Source: Macrostomum lignano
Lineage: Eukaryota
Direction: 5' to 3'
Assembly: GCA_002269645.1 (NCBI GenBank)
Contig: NIVC01005242.1
Span: 1 to 18,570, forward strand
Length of the DNA stretch: 18,570 nt
Positions within the stretch are counted from its first letter, which is position 1. The number at the start of each line of letters is the position of its first letter. The notes below the pieces were generated by a model. The model was not told the DNA's origin and did not search any database. It saw nothing but the letters and a program-made list of their open reading frames with translations. The position numbers were made by a program, and so were the translations under genes. Shown here one piece after another: positions 18,011 through 18,570 of the stretch.

Positions 18011-18570
18011 TCTCTCATTCTCTCTCTCCTCTCTTCGCTATTATCGTGACTCTCTTCTCTCTCCTCTCTCTCATCTCATCTCTACCCTACTCCCTTATTT
18101 ATCTCTTCTCCCTCGTCTTTCGTTTGTACCTCTCCTGTCTCTTGTCTCATCTCTTCTCTCATATCTCTCCTCTTCACTTCTGTCTCCTGTCTCTCTCTCT
18201 CTCTTATCTCTCCCTCTTCTCTCCTCTCTCATATGTGTCATCTCTACTCACTTATCTATCGTCTCGCTCTACTTTCTCTCTTCCCTTTTCTCTCTTCTCT
18301 CTGCTCTCATTTCTCGTATCTCTTATACGCTCTCACCTCTCCTTTCTTATCTACCATCTTTCTTCCTCCTTTCTACTGCATCACTGTCTCCTCTCCTCTC
18401 TTTTATCTCCTCTCCATTCTCTCTTCTCTCCTCTTATTCCCCTCATCTCTTCTCTAATCTCTAATCTCTCCTCTCTCTATCTCTCTCTACTCTTATCTAT
18501 TCTCTCTCCTCTGCTCCCCTTTTACACTTTCCTATATGCTCTCACTCTCACCCTTCCCCTTTCTTATCTT
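18011..18570 (+). repeat. Polypyrimidine block, apparent Y/X hybrid, partial
   Basis: Y-type CTCTTCACTTCTGTCTCCTG segment followed by X-type CGCTCTACTTTCTCTC...CTCGTATCTCTTATACG segment. Confidence 0.85.

Larger units (their letters stand above)
1..18570. repeat. Tandem array (macrosatellite) of 2.3-3.0 kb composite units, 6 complete plus 2 partial
   Basis: The same module order recurs throughout. The junction motif (C/A)GAGTGGAACTCCTC(C/T)TTCGGAGGAG occurs at 1866, 4640, 7437, 10425, 12692, 15549 and 17848, giving spacings of 2774, 2797, 2988, 2267, 2857 and 2299 bp. All units have the same orientation with no intervening unique DNA. Confidence 0.97.
17848..18570 (-). mobile_element. Unit H: partial element (3' terminus and start of the CT block)
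   Basis: CGAG plus hairpin at 17848-17873, then tail and CT block running off the window. Confidence 0.55.

Noticed and set aside
1-18570. rDNA intergenic spacer, histone or snRNA/tRNA gene tandem array
   Set aside because: No rRNA, 5S, tRNA cloverleaf or A/B-box, snRNA or histone-coding sequence was recognisable in any unit.

Overview
This window is non-coding, repetitive eukaryotic DNA, probably from an animal because it carries TTAGGG repeats. All 18.6 kb is one tandem array of composite 2.3-3.0 kb units: six complete units (B-G) and two partial ones (A, H), with seven junctions at about 1866, 4640, 7437, 10425, 12692, 15549 and 17848. Read on the + strand from a junction, each unit contains: (1) a ~170 bp tail starting CGAG-TGGAA and a perfect hairpin CTCCTCC-TTC-GGAGGAG; (2) a 0.87-1.1 kb complex polypyrimidine block; (3) a 30-bp minisatellite of variable copy number; (4) a short (TTAGGG)3-7 tract with fixed flanks; (5) one or two ~400-480 bp AT-rich modules rich in palindromes; (6) a ~420 bp head ending in a (GACA)n microsatellite and TTTAGTATATA. 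On the minus strand this reads like a non-autonomous Helitron: a T(C)TATATACT... start followed by (GTCT)n, and a GAA-loop hairpin a few bases before a CTCG end (canonical is CTRR). The best interpretation is a head-to-tail array of Helitron-like elements that each carry telomeric repeats. This family assignment comes from pattern recognition of the termini, not from a database search. No transposase or other credible gene is present, and the long ORFs are compositional artefacts. Notable extras are an 11-bp inverted repeat across each junction that could compete with the terminal hairpin, one unit with a different 5' end, and mosaic exchange between units.
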